55,299 nt of DNA from a virus (Duplodnaviria > Caudoviricetes): positions 1 to 55,299 of the IMG/VR virus record IMGVR_UViG_3300025138_010082; one strand, given 5' to 3'. This document shows positions 9,207 through 19,198 of this stretch, piece after piece (position 1 is the first letter of the stretch; the number at the start of each line of letters is the position of its first letter). The notes below the pieces were generated by a model. It had not been told where the DNA came from. It searched no databases and was given only the letters and a program-made list of their open reading frames with translations. A program made the translations under genes and the position numbers.

Positions 9207-9411
9207 TACCGAAACATCCTATTACAATCCATGTAAATGAATCATATATATTTTCGTTTATTACTAAATCTTTACCTACATACCCAGTTACTAAATCTAA
9301 TGAGGCAAAAGCTACCATAACTAAGAATGCTATAAAACCAACTACTGTTTTTTCATTCCATTCGTTGTCATTTTTAAAAATGTTCCACATGTTTTTAATT
9401 TTTTTTATCAT
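9175..9411 (-). CDS. Small two-TM membrane protein, holin-like
   Basis: Two hydrophobic helices, basic C-terminus EKFAKK, near putative endolysin. Confidence 0.45.
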   Translation of the reverse strand: MIKKIKNMWNIFKNDNEWNEKTVVGFIAFLVMVAFASLDLVTGYVGKDLVINENIYDSFTWIVIGCFGIAGAEKFAKK

Positions 9412-9450
9412 GATTAAGTGACCTTTATTTATTATACATATGGAAAAAAT

Positions 9451-9840
9451 TTACGAGGTGAACACTTTTTTCTTACCTCCGTCATAAACGTAAGCATGTC
9501 CTTCAGCTATTAATGTTTCATTAACATTCCACTGTTTACCATCTACATCCATAACAAATAATTCACCTAACACTCTACCATATTTTCCTAAACCATGTGA
9601 TTTAAGTCTAAAGTAACCCGATTTAGCTGACACTTCCTCTAATAATTGTTTTGTACGAGCTGAAGCTAATTTACCTAATTTTTTTTCTTCAAGGTCTCTT
9701 GTTCTTGATTCCCAAGTGTCTACACCCATGAAACGAATTCGTTTTTTAAACCAAATGTCGAATCCAACGTCAATTAAGGCGTCTACTGTGTCACCGTCAA
9801 CTACTCTGTCTAATTTTGCTCTGTAAATGTACTTTTCCAT
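9451..9840 (-). CDS. Staphylococcal-nuclease-like (thermonuclease) protein
   Basis: RVVDGDT, RIRFMGVDTWE, GKYGRVL, VNETLIAEGHA. Confidence 0.9.
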   Translation of the reverse strand: MEKYIYRAKLDRVVDGDTVDALIDVGFDIWFKKRIRFMGVDTWESRTRDLEEKKLGKLASARTKQLLEEVSAKSGYFRLKSHGLGKYGRVLGELFVMDVDGKQWNVNETLIAEGHAYVYDGGKKKVFTS

Positions 9841-9848
9841 GTTTTATA

Positions 9849-11096
9849 TTAATTAATTAAATTTGTGCGAACACATATTAAGTCTTTTTCGTATGTGTTT
9901 AAGTTTGTTATTGTTATTTGTAAATTTTCTATTGTAAATTGGGTGGGTTCAACAAAGAAATCTTCATGTAATTGTTTATCATTAGCAAGTATTTCAGATA
10001 GTTGTTGGATAATTTGAAAATCTTGCTGTGTGAATTTACTACCATCTATTGTAACTAAAATATCATTTTGTTTTTTGTTATCATAAGGTTTTATTTTTTC
10101 TTGTAAATCAAATGATGTATTAGGTTGTTCTAAATTAATATAATTTTTAATTATTGTAGGGGTATTTCCTTCATCTACATAAATTGTACTACACCAAGGT
10201 TCAAGTGTCTCTAATAACTGAGGAGTACAATTTTTAAGTATAAAACCTATATTATACTTTGGTGGAACAATTGGTTTCATTAGAGTATCATGTTTACAGA
10301 AATGGCCCCATTTACGTAAGAATTCTTTAGTTGATTTTTGATTTTGTTTTAACCATTCATCTGTTTCTCTATTCTTCATAAACACTTCGCCATTTGGGTT
10401 TCGTGTTGCCCCATCTGCAAATCTTGAGCCTCTACAAGTCATATGATAAACAAATCCTTCCCAGGTTTGAATAAACTTACAACCATTTAAATGAAAACGA
10501 TTAAATATGTCTGTGTCTTCTTTTGATTGAGGGGCAAATATAGGATCATGCCCACCTATTTCTTGAAAATCTGATTTATAAAATGCCCAAGGTGCAAATA
10601 TACCTTCTGTTGTTTTATCTTTTGTCTTTAATCTTTCTACTTGAGTAAGTAACATGTCTTCATCAAACTCTTCAGGTTCAATACCACAGTCTAATAATAT
10701 TTTTTCGGGTCCATCTGGATGTAATGGTGGTTCAATTCTAGTAAGTGATACAATTGTTTTTTCTTTAATGTGTTTTTCAATTTCATCTAACGCATTAGGA
10801 CACAAATACATGTCTGCATGGTAAATCATACAAATGTCACTTGTAGCAACTTCATTAATTAATCTGTCGTATAAAATTGTATGGCCTAATCTTTTACCTG
10901 ATTGGTTTGTGATAAACTTAAAATTTACATCTATTTCAGCCATTTGGATACACCATTCAAGTGTTCCATCGTTTGAAAAGTCATCAGCAACACAAATTTC
11001 GACTTCATGTTTGCCTTGATTTTTTCTTATTGAATTGTAAGACCATTTAAGGTACTTAAGATTATTTCTGCCTGGTTGTATTAAACTTATTTTCAT
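9849..11096 (-). CDS. Glycosyltransferase family 2
   Basis: ISLIQP, VADDFSNDGT, HADM, GGHD...EDTD. Confidence 0.88.
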   Translation of the reverse strand: MKISLIQPGRNNLKYLKWSYNSIRKNQGKHEVEICVADDFSNDGTLEWCIQMAEIDVNFKFITNQSGKRLGHTILYDRLINEVATSDICMIYHADMYLCPNALDEIEKHIKEKTIVSLTRIEPPLHPDGPEKILLDCGIEPEEFDEDMLLTQVERLKTKDKTTEGIFAPWAFYKSDFQEIGGHDPIFAPQSKEDTDIFNRFHLNGCKFIQTWEGFVYHMTCRGSRFADGATRNPNGEVFMKNRETDEWLKQNQKSTKEFLRKWGHFCKHDTLMKPIVPPKYNIGFILKNCTPQLLETLEPWCSTIYVDEGNTPTIIKNYINLEQPNTSFDLQEKIKPYDNKKQNDILVTIDGSKFTQQDFQIIQQLSEILANDKQLHEDFFVEPTQFTIENLQITITNLNTYEKDLICVRTNLIN

Positions 11097-11812
11097 CTAT
11101 TTTGTTTTACATTTTCAATTTCTAGCATAATAATCTCATCAGGTATATAACATTTTAGATCTGAAAATCTAGCCATTCCGTTATTAAAATCATAATATCC
11201 TTCATAAAAATTAGGCTTTCTTATATCTCTAATAGGAATATCATGGGTACATTTATGGTGGTTTAAAATAAATTCAGAAAGTCTTTCTTTCCACCATTCT
11301 GTTTTATATAAAGCATCTAAGCTAAGTCTTTTATGGGGGGCATGTTTACCCAAATAAAAATAACCATTATTTAATTTTTTATATCCAGGTGATTTATTTT
11401 GATTATAAGGAGTATATCCATTAATAAATTGGGGTTCTAAATATTTATGTAATTTACATAATAACATATAATCAAAATCACTGCCAATAAATTCTTTAAT
11501 ACATGCATCTACTTTTTTCTTAGTACTCTTTACAACCATATCTTCACATAAACATATTAAATAAGGAGTTTTTACTTCATTACTTAATGATAAAGTTACA
11601 TTAGCCCATTCTGGTTCTAAATTATTATAAAATTTTAAATTTTTTATATTATTTTTATATATTGAATATACCTTATCTAAATTTATTGTTGAATTATAGT
11701 TTATAATAAATTCAGAATTTGGAAAAGTATTAGCTAATGATATAACACTATGTTCAAGAACTTTTAATCTTTCATCTTTAGTACATATAAAATTTTGAAC
11801 TATACTAATCAT
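11093..11812 (-). CDS. GT-A-like hypothetical protein (paralog A)
   Basis: KTPYLICLCED motif; paralogous to 12354-13034. Confidence 0.55.
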   Translation of the reverse strand: MISIVQNFICTKDERLKVLEHSVISLANTFPNSEFIINYNSTINLDKVYSIYKNNIKNLKFYNNLEPEWANVTLSLSNEVKTPYLICLCEDMVVKSTKKKVDACIKEFIGSDFDYMLLCKLHKYLEPQFINGYTPYNQNKSPGYKKLNNGYFYLGKHAPHKRLSLDALYKTEWWKERLSEFILNHHKCTHDIPIRDIRKPNFYEGYYDFNNGMARFSDLKCYIPDEIIMLEIENVKQNR

Positions 11813-11815
11813 TTT
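11751..11815. repeat. 65-bp exact direct repeat, copy 1
   Basis: Identical to 12973-13037; encodes MISIVQNFICTKDERLKVLE. Confidence 0.9.
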
Positions 11816-12348
11816 ATTGCTTTTATATTTAAACTAATTAGCGTTCCTTTTTCTTTATTCATATGGGGGATATATGCTTGTGAATGGTCATCAAAATCAC
11901 TATGTTCTGTTTCTCTCCAGTCATAGTAACCTATATCTGAAAAACCACACTTATTTAATATTGACTTTAATTCTTTAAAATCATAAGTAGTTTTATGGTA
12001 TATTGTTTCGTTACTCATTTTCATTTTCCCATATAAAGGACCTAAAAAACTATCTAAAGGTATATTATCTTCTATATATAATTTAGCCATAGCTTGAAAA
12101 TTAGGCACAGCTAGTCTTAATACTCCCCCAGGTTTTAATTTAGCTTTCCATTTATTTAAAATATCTAATATTTCTTCTCTATCAAAATATTCAATAACAT
12201 GACTAGCATATATTAAATCAATAGAATTATCTTCATAAGGTAAAATAAGTATATCTTTTGAGTCTAAGTGGGAATAATTACCTCCATCTATATGGATCCA
12301 ATCTTTACCAAAATTTCTCCACCCACATCCTAAATTTATTTTTTTCAT
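11809..12348 (-). CDS. Class I SAM-dependent methyltransferase
   Basis: INLGCG, DLIYASHVIEY, LKPGGVLRLAVP. Confidence 0.88.
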   Translation of the reverse strand: MKKINLGCGWRNFGKDWIHIDGGNYSHLDSKDILILPYEDNSIDLIYASHVIEYFDREEILDILNKWKAKLKPGGVLRLAVPNFQAMAKLYIEDNIPLDSFLGPLYGKMKMSNETIYHKTTYDFKELKSILNKCGFSDIGYYDWRETEHSDFDDHSQAYIPHMNKEKGTLISLNIKAIK

Positions 12349-12353
12349 AATTT

Positions 12354-13034
12354 TTATTTATTTAAAAAGGTTTCAGTTTCAGTTTGTGTATGAATTAAAA
12401 TTTCTTTTTTAGGCACAGCACACATTATATTATCACCCCATGATAATACACCATTAGGTTCAAGGAATATATCTTCATAATGGTGTGGGAGGTTTAAAGG
12501 AAATCTTCTAGGATAATAATTCATCAATTTTTCTAACTTTTGTATTAATAAATCTGTTTTGTATAATGCATCTACAGATAAAGAGGAACCTGGGGAATTA
12601 GATGCTTTATATTTCCATAATAAATCCCCATTTTCATACCCCCTCCAATATTCTTTTTTAGTATATTTCCATAATCTACCTATGGGCATGTATGATATAT
12701 CATTTTGGATTACTTCTTTTACTATATCTTGCCAATAATTATAATCCATATTATAAGTAAAATCTTCACAAAAAATAAGGGTATATGGGGTTTTTACCTC
12801 TTTTAATAATGATAAAGTTATTAAACCCCAGTTGGGTTCCAAATTATTATAAAAATTTAATTTACTAATATTATCTTTATATATAGAATGTACATTATCT
12901 AAATTTATTTTAGAACCATAATTAATAATAAATTCATGATCCTTAAATATTTTACCCATTTTAGGTGTTTCTTGTTCAAGAACTTTTAATCTTTCATCTT
13001 TAGTACATATAAAATTTTGAACTATACTAATCAT
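12354..13034 (-). CDS. GT-A-like hypothetical protein (paralog B)
   Basis: KTPYTLIFCED and LSVDALYKT, shared with paralog A. Confidence 0.55.
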   Translation of the reverse strand: MISIVQNFICTKDERLKVLEQETPKMGKIFKDHEFIINYGSKINLDNVHSIYKDNISKLNFYNNLEPNWGLITLSLLKEVKTPYTLIFCEDFTYNMDYNYWQDIVKEVIQNDISYMPIGRLWKYTKKEYWRGYENGDLLWKYKASNSPGSSLSVDALYKTDLLIQKLEKLMNYYPRRFPLNLPHHYEDIFLEPNGVLSWGDNIMCAVPKKEILIHTQTETETFLNK

Positions 13035-13037
13035 TTT
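12973..13037. repeat. 65-bp exact direct repeat, copy 2
   Basis: Identical to 11751-11815. Confidence 0.9.
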
Positions 13038-14004
13038 TATAAATTTTTAACCAATGGTCTACCATCTCTTCCATCATATCTTTAAATGTATATGTTGGTT
13101 TCCATCCTAATTCTGTTCTAATTTTAGTTGAATCCCCCCTTAAATAAGGTAGTTCTTCAGGTCTCATAAATTTAGGGTTTTGTGTAATATAGTCCTTATA
13201 ATTTAAACCTAAATGACTAAATACTACATCACACATTTCTCTTACTGAGTGTGTTTCCATAGTTGATACTACCCAATCACCAGGTTTATCGTGTTGCATC
13301 ATTAAATGCATTGCTCTTACATAATCATATGAATGACCCCAATCCCTATAAGAATCCATATTACCTAATTCTAATTTATCTTGTAAACCTAATTTTATTT
13401 TAGCAGCTGCTTTAGCTACTTTATTTGTTACAAAATTAGATCCTCTTCTAGGTGATTCATGATTAAATAATATACCGTTTGTAGCATGTAATTTATATGC
13501 ACGTCTGTAATTCCTTACAATGTTATAACCAAATACTTTAGAACAACCATAAGGTGATACTGGATTCATTACTGTAGTTTCTCTTTGAAAATTATCATCT
13601 TCAACAGATAAACCAAACATTTCAGAACTACTTGCTTGGTAAAATTTAGCTTTAGGACAAGCCCTTCTATAAGCTTCTAGCATATTGAGAACACCTAATG
13701 CATTTGTTTGTACTGTGAATTGAGGTATATCAAAACTAATCCTTACGTGGGACTGTGCCGCCATATTATAAATTTCATCTGGTTGAATTGTATCTAGTAA
13801 TTTTTCAATTCCCCCTTGATCTAATAAATCACCATAATAAGTTGTAATTTTATCTTCTACATTAGATAGTCTTTGATCTTGGTTTTCAGGAGTTGAATTT
13901 CTTCTAACTATACCATGTACTTCGTACCCTAGTTCTACTAAATATTCAGCTAGATAACTACCATCTTGCCCTCCTATGCCTGTTATAAATGCTTTTTTCT
14001 TCAT
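13027..14004 (-). CDS. gmd: GDP-mannose 4,6-dehydratase
   Basis: ITGIGGQDGSYLAE, AAQSHV, YQASSSE, SPYGCSK, LFNHESPRRG. Confidence 0.96.
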   Translation of the reverse strand: MKKKAFITGIGGQDGSYLAEYLVELGYEVHGIVRRNSTPENQDQRLSNVEDKITTYYGDLLDQGGIEKLLDTIQPDEIYNMAAQSHVRISFDIPQFTVQTNALGVLNMLEAYRRACPKAKFYQASSSEMFGLSVEDDNFQRETTVMNPVSPYGCSKVFGYNIVRNYRRAYKLHATNGILFNHESPRRGSNFVTNKVAKAAAKIKLGLQDKLELGNMDSYRDWGHSYDYVRAMHLMMQHDKPGDWVVSTMETHSVREMCDVVFSHLGLNYKDYITQNPKFMRPEELPYLRGDSTKIRTELGWKPTYTFKDMMEEMVDHWLKIYKND

Positions 14005-14007
14005 AAG

Positions 14008-14640
14008 TTATTTTGTTTGTAAATAAGGATCTATTCCTTCACTTTTATTAAATACTTTCATCTTTGATACATCAGGCCAATCATTAATTGTCCATTGTAC
14101 TGGTTTTTCTTTTATTGCATTGGGTAATTTTTTTAAACCTAACTCAGCAGTTTCGGGTGTCATATAATAATGGTAACCTACAGTTTCAATATCTTGTTCT
14201 CTCCAAGGTATGTAGGGATGTCTACCATCATAGCTCATTTTTTTAAGTTCGAAGGCATCATCTTTATTATCACATAATATAATACCTCCTCTACCTAAAG
14301 CCAAATGTTTTCTAAATTGAAAACTTAAACACATAAAGGTTCCAGGTATATAACTATTTTTTTTCCATAAAACAGCTGCATCTATAATAGGTGTTAAATG
14401 TTTAGTTAAATAATAATAATCTTTCCAATTTTCATTTTTCCAATTTAACTGTATATTTAATTTTTTAGCCAAAAAAGGGATAGAAATATATGTCCTTTTA
14501 GGTACATTAATATAAGAAATATTTTGATGCCTTAAACATAATTCAACTCCGTGTGTGCAACAATCTACTGCTACTGCATATGGTGCACCAAAAAATTCTG
14601 CTATTTTATTTTCAAATTCTGTTACTTTACTAAAACTCAT
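14008..14640 (-). CDS. Short DegT/DnrJ/EryC1 PLP-dependent sugar aminotransferase
   Basis: FENKIAEFFGAPYAVAV, IDAA, SFQFRKHL, GGII; start at MSFSK chosen over the track start 14673. Confidence 0.82.
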   Translation of the reverse strand: MSFSKVTEFENKIAEFFGAPYAVAVDCCTHGVELCLRHQNISYINVPKRTYISIPFLAKKLNIQLNWKNENWKDYYYLTKHLTPIIDAAVLWKKNSYIPGTFMCLSFQFRKHLALGRGGIILCDNKDDAFELKKMSYDGRHPYIPWREQDIETVGYHYYMTPETAELGLKKLPNAIKEKPVQWTINDWPDVSKMKVFNKSEGIDPYLQTK

Positions 14641-15395
14641 TTTTTTGTTCTTTTGGCATAACCTTCTCCCCATTTAAAAGTTTTTAAGTTATTAATATTT
14701 AAATCTATACTAGGATTATAATGACAGTTAATAAATTGGGTTCTTATAGGGTAATGATCATACCTTTCATAAAAAACATGTTTTAATTTTTGTTGTAATC
14801 CTGTTTTTTGGATATGGTGTTTAAGTTCTTTATGGGGGTTATTTATTCCATATTCGCCCCATTGTTCATATAGGGATCCAAAAGTATTTATATCTTTAGA
14901 ATTTCCAAATGCCCAAAGATCAGAATACATATCTCCTATATTACATTTACATGGTTTATTATAACATTCATTTACATGAGAAATATAGAAATTATTTTTA
15001 TTAAAATGAGAAAATATTATATCCTTATTAAACATACAATCAAATCTTCCTACCATTACAAAATCATATTCTATATTATTTTCCTTTTCATAAGAACTTT
15101 TTAAATTAATGCTAGTTGCTGTAGAATACCACCTACTAGCCACACTATTTGTTCTTACATCATTTTGATTAAAATTGATTTGTTTTTCTATTAAATATTT
15201 TTTTGGGTTATATAATTCTATAAATTCTTTTTCAAAATCAGTACTCCAACTATGAATAAAAACATCAACATCATTACAATCAAATATGTGTTTTTTATAA
15301 AAGTAATGTCCTATTCTAGGATCTATAGGATGTCCCACTCCATATTTCTTTTCTGCAGCACCTACTACCCCCATTAAACATAACGCTATCTTCAT
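14637..15395 (-). CDS. Putative glycosyltransferase-like protein
   Basis: MKIALCL, DVFIHSW, YDFVMVGRFD motifs typical of polysaccharide-locus proteins. Confidence 0.55.
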   Translation of the reverse strand: MKIALCLMGVVGAAEKKYGVGHPIDPRIGHYFYKKHIFDCNDVDVFIHSWSTDFEKEFIELYNPKKYLIEKQINFNQNDVRTNSVASRWYSTATSINLKSSYEKENNIEYDFVMVGRFDCMFNKDIIFSHFNKNNFYISHVNECYNKPCKCNIGDMYSDLWAFGNSKDINTFGSLYEQWGEYGINNPHKELKHHIQKTGLQQKLKHVFYERYDHYPIRTQFINCHYNPSIDLNINNLKTFKWGEGYAKRTKK

Positions 15396-15763
15396 ATTTG
15401 TAATAGTTTTATTCCTTCGTTTCTTATTAGATTAATGGCAATAGCATAATCTTCAGATCCATTAGGTTTTCTATCGTTAATTAAATAGCGTTTTCCCCCT
15501 CCTATTCCCATAATAAGTTGATCATAAATAATTCCAACTTGGGATAATTGGATTTCTGTAATATTTCTAAGGCTTTCTTTTCTACCTGTAGTAAGGATAA
15601 TATTATATCCTAATCTATCCCATTCTAGAATTTTATCTGTTGTGCCTTCTAATAAATCTAATTTATGAGTGGGTAATTGAGCATCTGTAGGTTTAGTATG
15701 TGTTACTAATGTACCATCAATATCACAGAATATAGTAATGGGTCTTTTATCTATATAGTTCAT
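15392..15763 (-). CDS. Capless HAD-superfamily phosphatase
   Basis: FCDIDGTL, LTTGR, INDR. Confidence 0.85.
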   Translation of the reverse strand: MNYIDKRPITIFCDIDGTLVTHTKPTDAQLPTHKLDLLEGTTDKILEWDRLGYNIILTTGRKESLRNITEIQLSQVGIIYDQLIMGIGGGKRYLINDRKPNGSEDYAIAINLIRNEGIKLLQI

Positions 15764-16691
15764 TTAATTTATTTTTGATGTTTAACTTAATAATACCATT
15801 AATATTAGGTTTAATTTTTAAAAAATCAGGATGTGATAAAACATAATGACCACAAATTTTAATTAGATCTAGTTTTTGGGTATAAGGATCAAAATCAGAA
15901 TTTACCCACTTTTCCCATCTTTTAGAATCATAACATATTTTCCAAAATTTATCTATATTAATCCCCTCCTTTATGTATGAAAGGGTTTCTATAAGGCCAA
16001 ACTCCGGTGCTATATTTATTGCATCTAAACCTAAATTCATTTTTTCTTTTATAAGACCCACAGGTATATAATCACCATTATGTTCTTTTGATAATAAATT
16101 GTGGTTTTTAACTACTTGAATCATTGATGTGAGTCTGTCTCTATCATATTCCCCCGTGTTTGTGGTTTCTTTAAGGGATGTGCCTGATTGAATCACAGCA
16201 TACTTAATTTGAGCGAATATCTTTTCTTCTAATCTAACATGAAGATCATTTAACAACATATCTAATTCTTCAGGTTCAAATTTTCTTATAGCTTCTTCAG
16301 TTCCTACTTCAAATTCAATATTAGGATTTTCAGTATAACAAAATTGAATCATATCAATAGTCCATTTTAACCCATCTTCGTATAGTGAGTATTTTTTCCA
16401 TGGATCTATGTGGATCATATCTAGATATTTACAATCTTCTTTTAAAGACTTATATCCATCATCGTCTGTGTAGCCTTGTCTAGGTCCCGAATGGTCTCTT
16501 ACTAAAAATAACTTATTAGCATATTTGCTAAAGGTTTCTGTTGTCCATTTGTTAACATAACCCCCATCCCACTCTACTTGTCTTCTAGAAGGGATTAAGC
16601 CTATTTTGTTGTTAGTTTCATTACAAAACTCAATAATAGAATCTACTATGTTTTGAGACATAGGTCCTATGTAATATTTAGGATATATCAT
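15747..16691 (-). CDS. Tagatose-bisphosphate aldolase/epimerase-like (GatZ/KbaZ-like) TIM barrel
   Basis: RDHSGP, IHIDP, EVGTEE, KEHNGDY, NIAPEFG. Confidence 0.7.
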   Translation of the reverse strand: MIYPKYYIGPMSQNIVDSIIEFCNETNNKIGLIPSRRQVEWDGGYVNKWTTETFSKYANKLFLVRDHSGPRQGYTDDDGYKSLKEDCKYLDMIHIDPWKKYSLYEDGLKWTIDMIQFCYTENPNIEFEVGTEEAIRKFEPEELDMLLNDLHVRLEEKIFAQIKYAVIQSGTSLKETTNTGEYDRDRLTSMIQVVKNHNLLSKEHNGDYIPVGLIKEKMNLGLDAINIAPEFGLIETLSYIKEGINIDKFWKICYDSKRWEKWVNSDFDPYTQKLDLIKICGHYVLSHPDFLKIKPNINGIIKLNIKNKLNELYR

Positions 16692-18216
16692 TTAGTGTTT
16701 TATATAAGTTATATTTTCCAAAATTAAATAAAAATTTATTAAAGGGATATTCATGTAGAGGAGCCATATTAATCCAAATAATTGAACTTAATACTTTTAC
16801 CTTTTTAAGGTCATACCCATTTTCTATAATAAAATTATGTAATAAATCTTTACACCTAAGCAAAGTACTATTACATAATATATGACAATTTTTAGGTGAT
16901 GAATCATATAATTTTTTATCTACTATATCATGGTTAACCATTAAATTATGGTTTAATTTAGCTAAATCATAATATATGTCTCCAACTTCTAAATCACCAG
17001 CAAAATCTTGCCTCCAATCTATTAAACAAAAATTATCTTGTGTTTCAATTACATTATCCAAAATAAAATCACCATGGAACTGTACGGGTACACCATCACA
17101 TAACCATTCCCTATCTATTTGAGATAATATATCTTTTATAGGTGGTATTAACTCACCATTTATAATTTCAGATGTATCTGGTTTTTCTTTTAAGTATTGA
17201 TTTATTCTTTTATCTGTTTTTGTTACATAAAAGTTAAAACATTTTTTAGAAAAATTATCTACGGGTTTATGTTTCCATAAATTATCTTTAGTCCATTTTA
17301 AAAAGGAATTAAATGTATTTTCATTTACAGATTTTGCAAACAAATCACCTTCTGCTTTTTTATATTTATAAAAATTAGGAGTATATGCTAGCATATCGGG
17401 GACTAATCCCTTTAACATTGAAGCTCTTTTTACTCTATTTTTATTTATGTTTTTATCTGCAAAGAATTTTACTACAAAATTATCAAAAAAGTATATAGAT
17501 TCATTACTTTTATCTAATACTTTTATACTACTACCAAAATATTCTCTTGTTTTATTTAATTCTGTGGTATTTCCTATGTCTAACCAGTTATTTATCTTGT
17601 GAAAATTAAAAGTAACCTTATTTAGCATTTCATTTATTACGTGAACATCTGAAAGTGAATTGTTGTGTGGTAATGTTTCTAATTTGCCCCAAAACAATTT
17701 ATAGTCTTTTATCCCACATAATCCTATATAAGGATAATCAAAATTGATTTCTCCCTTTTCTGTGATAGTATCTACCCAACCATTGTTTGTCCTTATAGTT
17801 CTATATTGTGATGTTTCTTCTTTATAGGCCCCAGCACACCAATTATGTTCTAAATTAGGTATTATATCTTCTTTAGTTAAAATAGTATCACTAGCATGAA
17901 ATATAAAGGGACATTGTAGTTCATTTTTAGCTTGTAATATAGAATGTCCTAAACTACTACCTTGATCTTTAAAGTTGTCTACCTTAATAAAGGTAAAATG
18001 TTTATGGGGATATGTTAACTTTAAAAATTCTTTTACATAAGATCCAAAATGTCCTAATGTAATTACAAATGAAGTATCTTCAGGATAATATTCTATAATA
18101 TGGGAGATAGCAGGTTTATCGCCTATTCTTACTAAAGACTTATTAGTAAAATCAGTTAATTTACCTAATCTACTTCCTATACCACTTGTTGTTATTAATA
18201 CCTTATAATCTACCAT
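16678..18216 (-). CDS. Fusion of sugar-phosphate nucleotidyltransferase and APH/choline-kinase-like domain
   Basis: N-terminal SGIGSRL...NKSL and WLDIG; C-terminal HGDFILDN, LIDWR, YDLAKL. Confidence 0.85.
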   Translation of the reverse strand: MVDYKVLITTSGIGSRLGKLTDFTNKSLVRIGDKPAISHIIEYYPEDTSFVITLGHFGSYVKEFLKLTYPHKHFTFIKVDNFKDQGSSLGHSILQAKNELQCPFIFHASDTILTKEDIIPNLEHNWCAGAYKEETSQYRTIRTNNGWVDTITEKGEINFDYPYIGLCGIKDYKLFWGKLETLPHNNSLSDVHVINEMLNKVTFNFHKINNWLDIGNTTELNKTREYFGSSIKVLDKSNESIYFFDNFVVKFFADKNINKNRVKRASMLKGLVPDMLAYTPNFYKYKKAEGDLFAKSVNENTFNSFLKWTKDNLWKHKPVDNFSKKCFNFYVTKTDKRINQYLKEKPDTSEIINGELIPPIKDILSQIDREWLCDGVPVQFHGDFILDNVIETQDNFCLIDWRQDFAGDLEVGDIYYDLAKLNHNLMVNHDIVDKKLYDSSPKNCHILCNSTLLRCKDLLHNFIIENGYDLKKVKVLSSIIWINMAPLHEYPFNKFLFNFGKYNLYKTLNDIS

Positions 18217-18550
18217 ATTTATCTTCTAATCTTACAATGTCATCTTCACCAAAATACTCACCCATTTGAACTTCAATAAAAATTAAATCTTTTTCTGTAT
18301 TGTTTGTTATTTGGTGTTTTGCTTCAGTAGGTACATGTATAATTTGTCCTTTAGATACTTGTGTTTTGTCTCCATTTAGATTTAATTCTCCTGCGCCTTG
18401 TACTACAACCCACACTTCTTCTCTTTTAAAATGGTATTGGTAACTTGGTGCTTGACCTGGTTTAATGATAATTTGTTTTACTTTACAGTAATCAGTGTCT
18501 AATAAATTTTCAAATGTACCCCAAGGGCGTGTTTCTTTATAATTCGTCAT
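18203..18550 (-). CDS. Mannose-6-phosphate isomerase type II (stand-alone cupin)
   Basis: RPWG, SYQYH..REEVW, IEVQMGEYFGEDDIVRLEDKYGR. Confidence 0.9.
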   Translation of the reverse strand: MTNYKETRPWGTFENLLDTDYCKVKQIIIKPGQAPSYQYHFKREEVWVVVQGAGELNLNGDKTQVSKGQIIHVPTEAKHQITNNTEKDLIFIEVQMGEYFGEDDIVRLEDKYGRL

Positions 18551-18551
18551 G

Positions 18552-19187
18552 TTAGTTAAATTTATAATTAAAAATTTGTAGATCTTTTTTATACCATTCG
18601 GATACTATATCTATAGTTTCATTATCATAATATGTAGTATATTTATTGTAAGAATTTTTAGTATAGTGGCCTAATTTTTGATGGGGTATATTAATTTTAT
18701 TGCATAAAATTTCCCAATCATTATCTATATTTTCAACTTTTCCTATAAAATCTAAATTTAAAATATTATCTTTGGGGGTACTAAATAAACCTGATTGAGT
18801 TTGAAAATGTAATTTTTTAGGATTTCCGTTTTTATTAAAAATACCTTCTTTTACTAAATCTTTAAAATTAGGGTATACAGATAAAAATGTATCATACCAA
18901 TATGAAACTAATCTACTAAAAGGATTTCTAACAAATATAAATTTGAAATATAAATTTAATTCTTTATCAGTTATATTTTGTAACCAATTATTAAATTCTT
19001 TTGGGTTATCTTTTTGAATAATCCATCCTCCCAGGGGTTGTAAATTTCTTCTAAAAATAGATGTTCCTGCTGCTTTTCCAGGTTTAAAATAAATTAATTT
19101 TGATGTTGGGTTGACACAAATACTCCTTAATATATCATAATTATAATCTCTTTTTAATCTTAAATAATCTGTATATCTATTGTCCAT
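18552..19187 (-). CDS. Carbohydrate sulfotransferase (Sulfotransfer_2-like)
   Basis: 5'-PSB KAAGTSI, 3'-PB FVRNPFSRLVS, HFQTQ, FIGKVEN, DLQIFNY. Confidence 0.85.
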   Translation of the reverse strand: MDNRYTDYLRLKRDYNYDILRSICVNPTSKLIYFKPGKAAGTSIFRRNLQPLGGWIIQKDNPKEFNNWLQNITDKELNLYFKFIFVRNPFSRLVSYWYDTFLSVYPNFKDLVKEGIFNKNGNPKKLHFQTQSGLFSTPKDNILNLDFIGKVENIDNDWEILCNKINIPHQKLGHYTKNSYNKYTTYYDNETIDIVSEWYKKDLQIFNYKFN

Positions 19188-19198
19188 TTTTTAATTTT

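Noticed and set aside
11751-13037. 65-bp repeat as a diversity-generating retroelement TR/VR pair
   Set aside because: Copies are identical with no adenine-specific mismatches, sit at gene 5' ends, and no reverse transcriptase is present.
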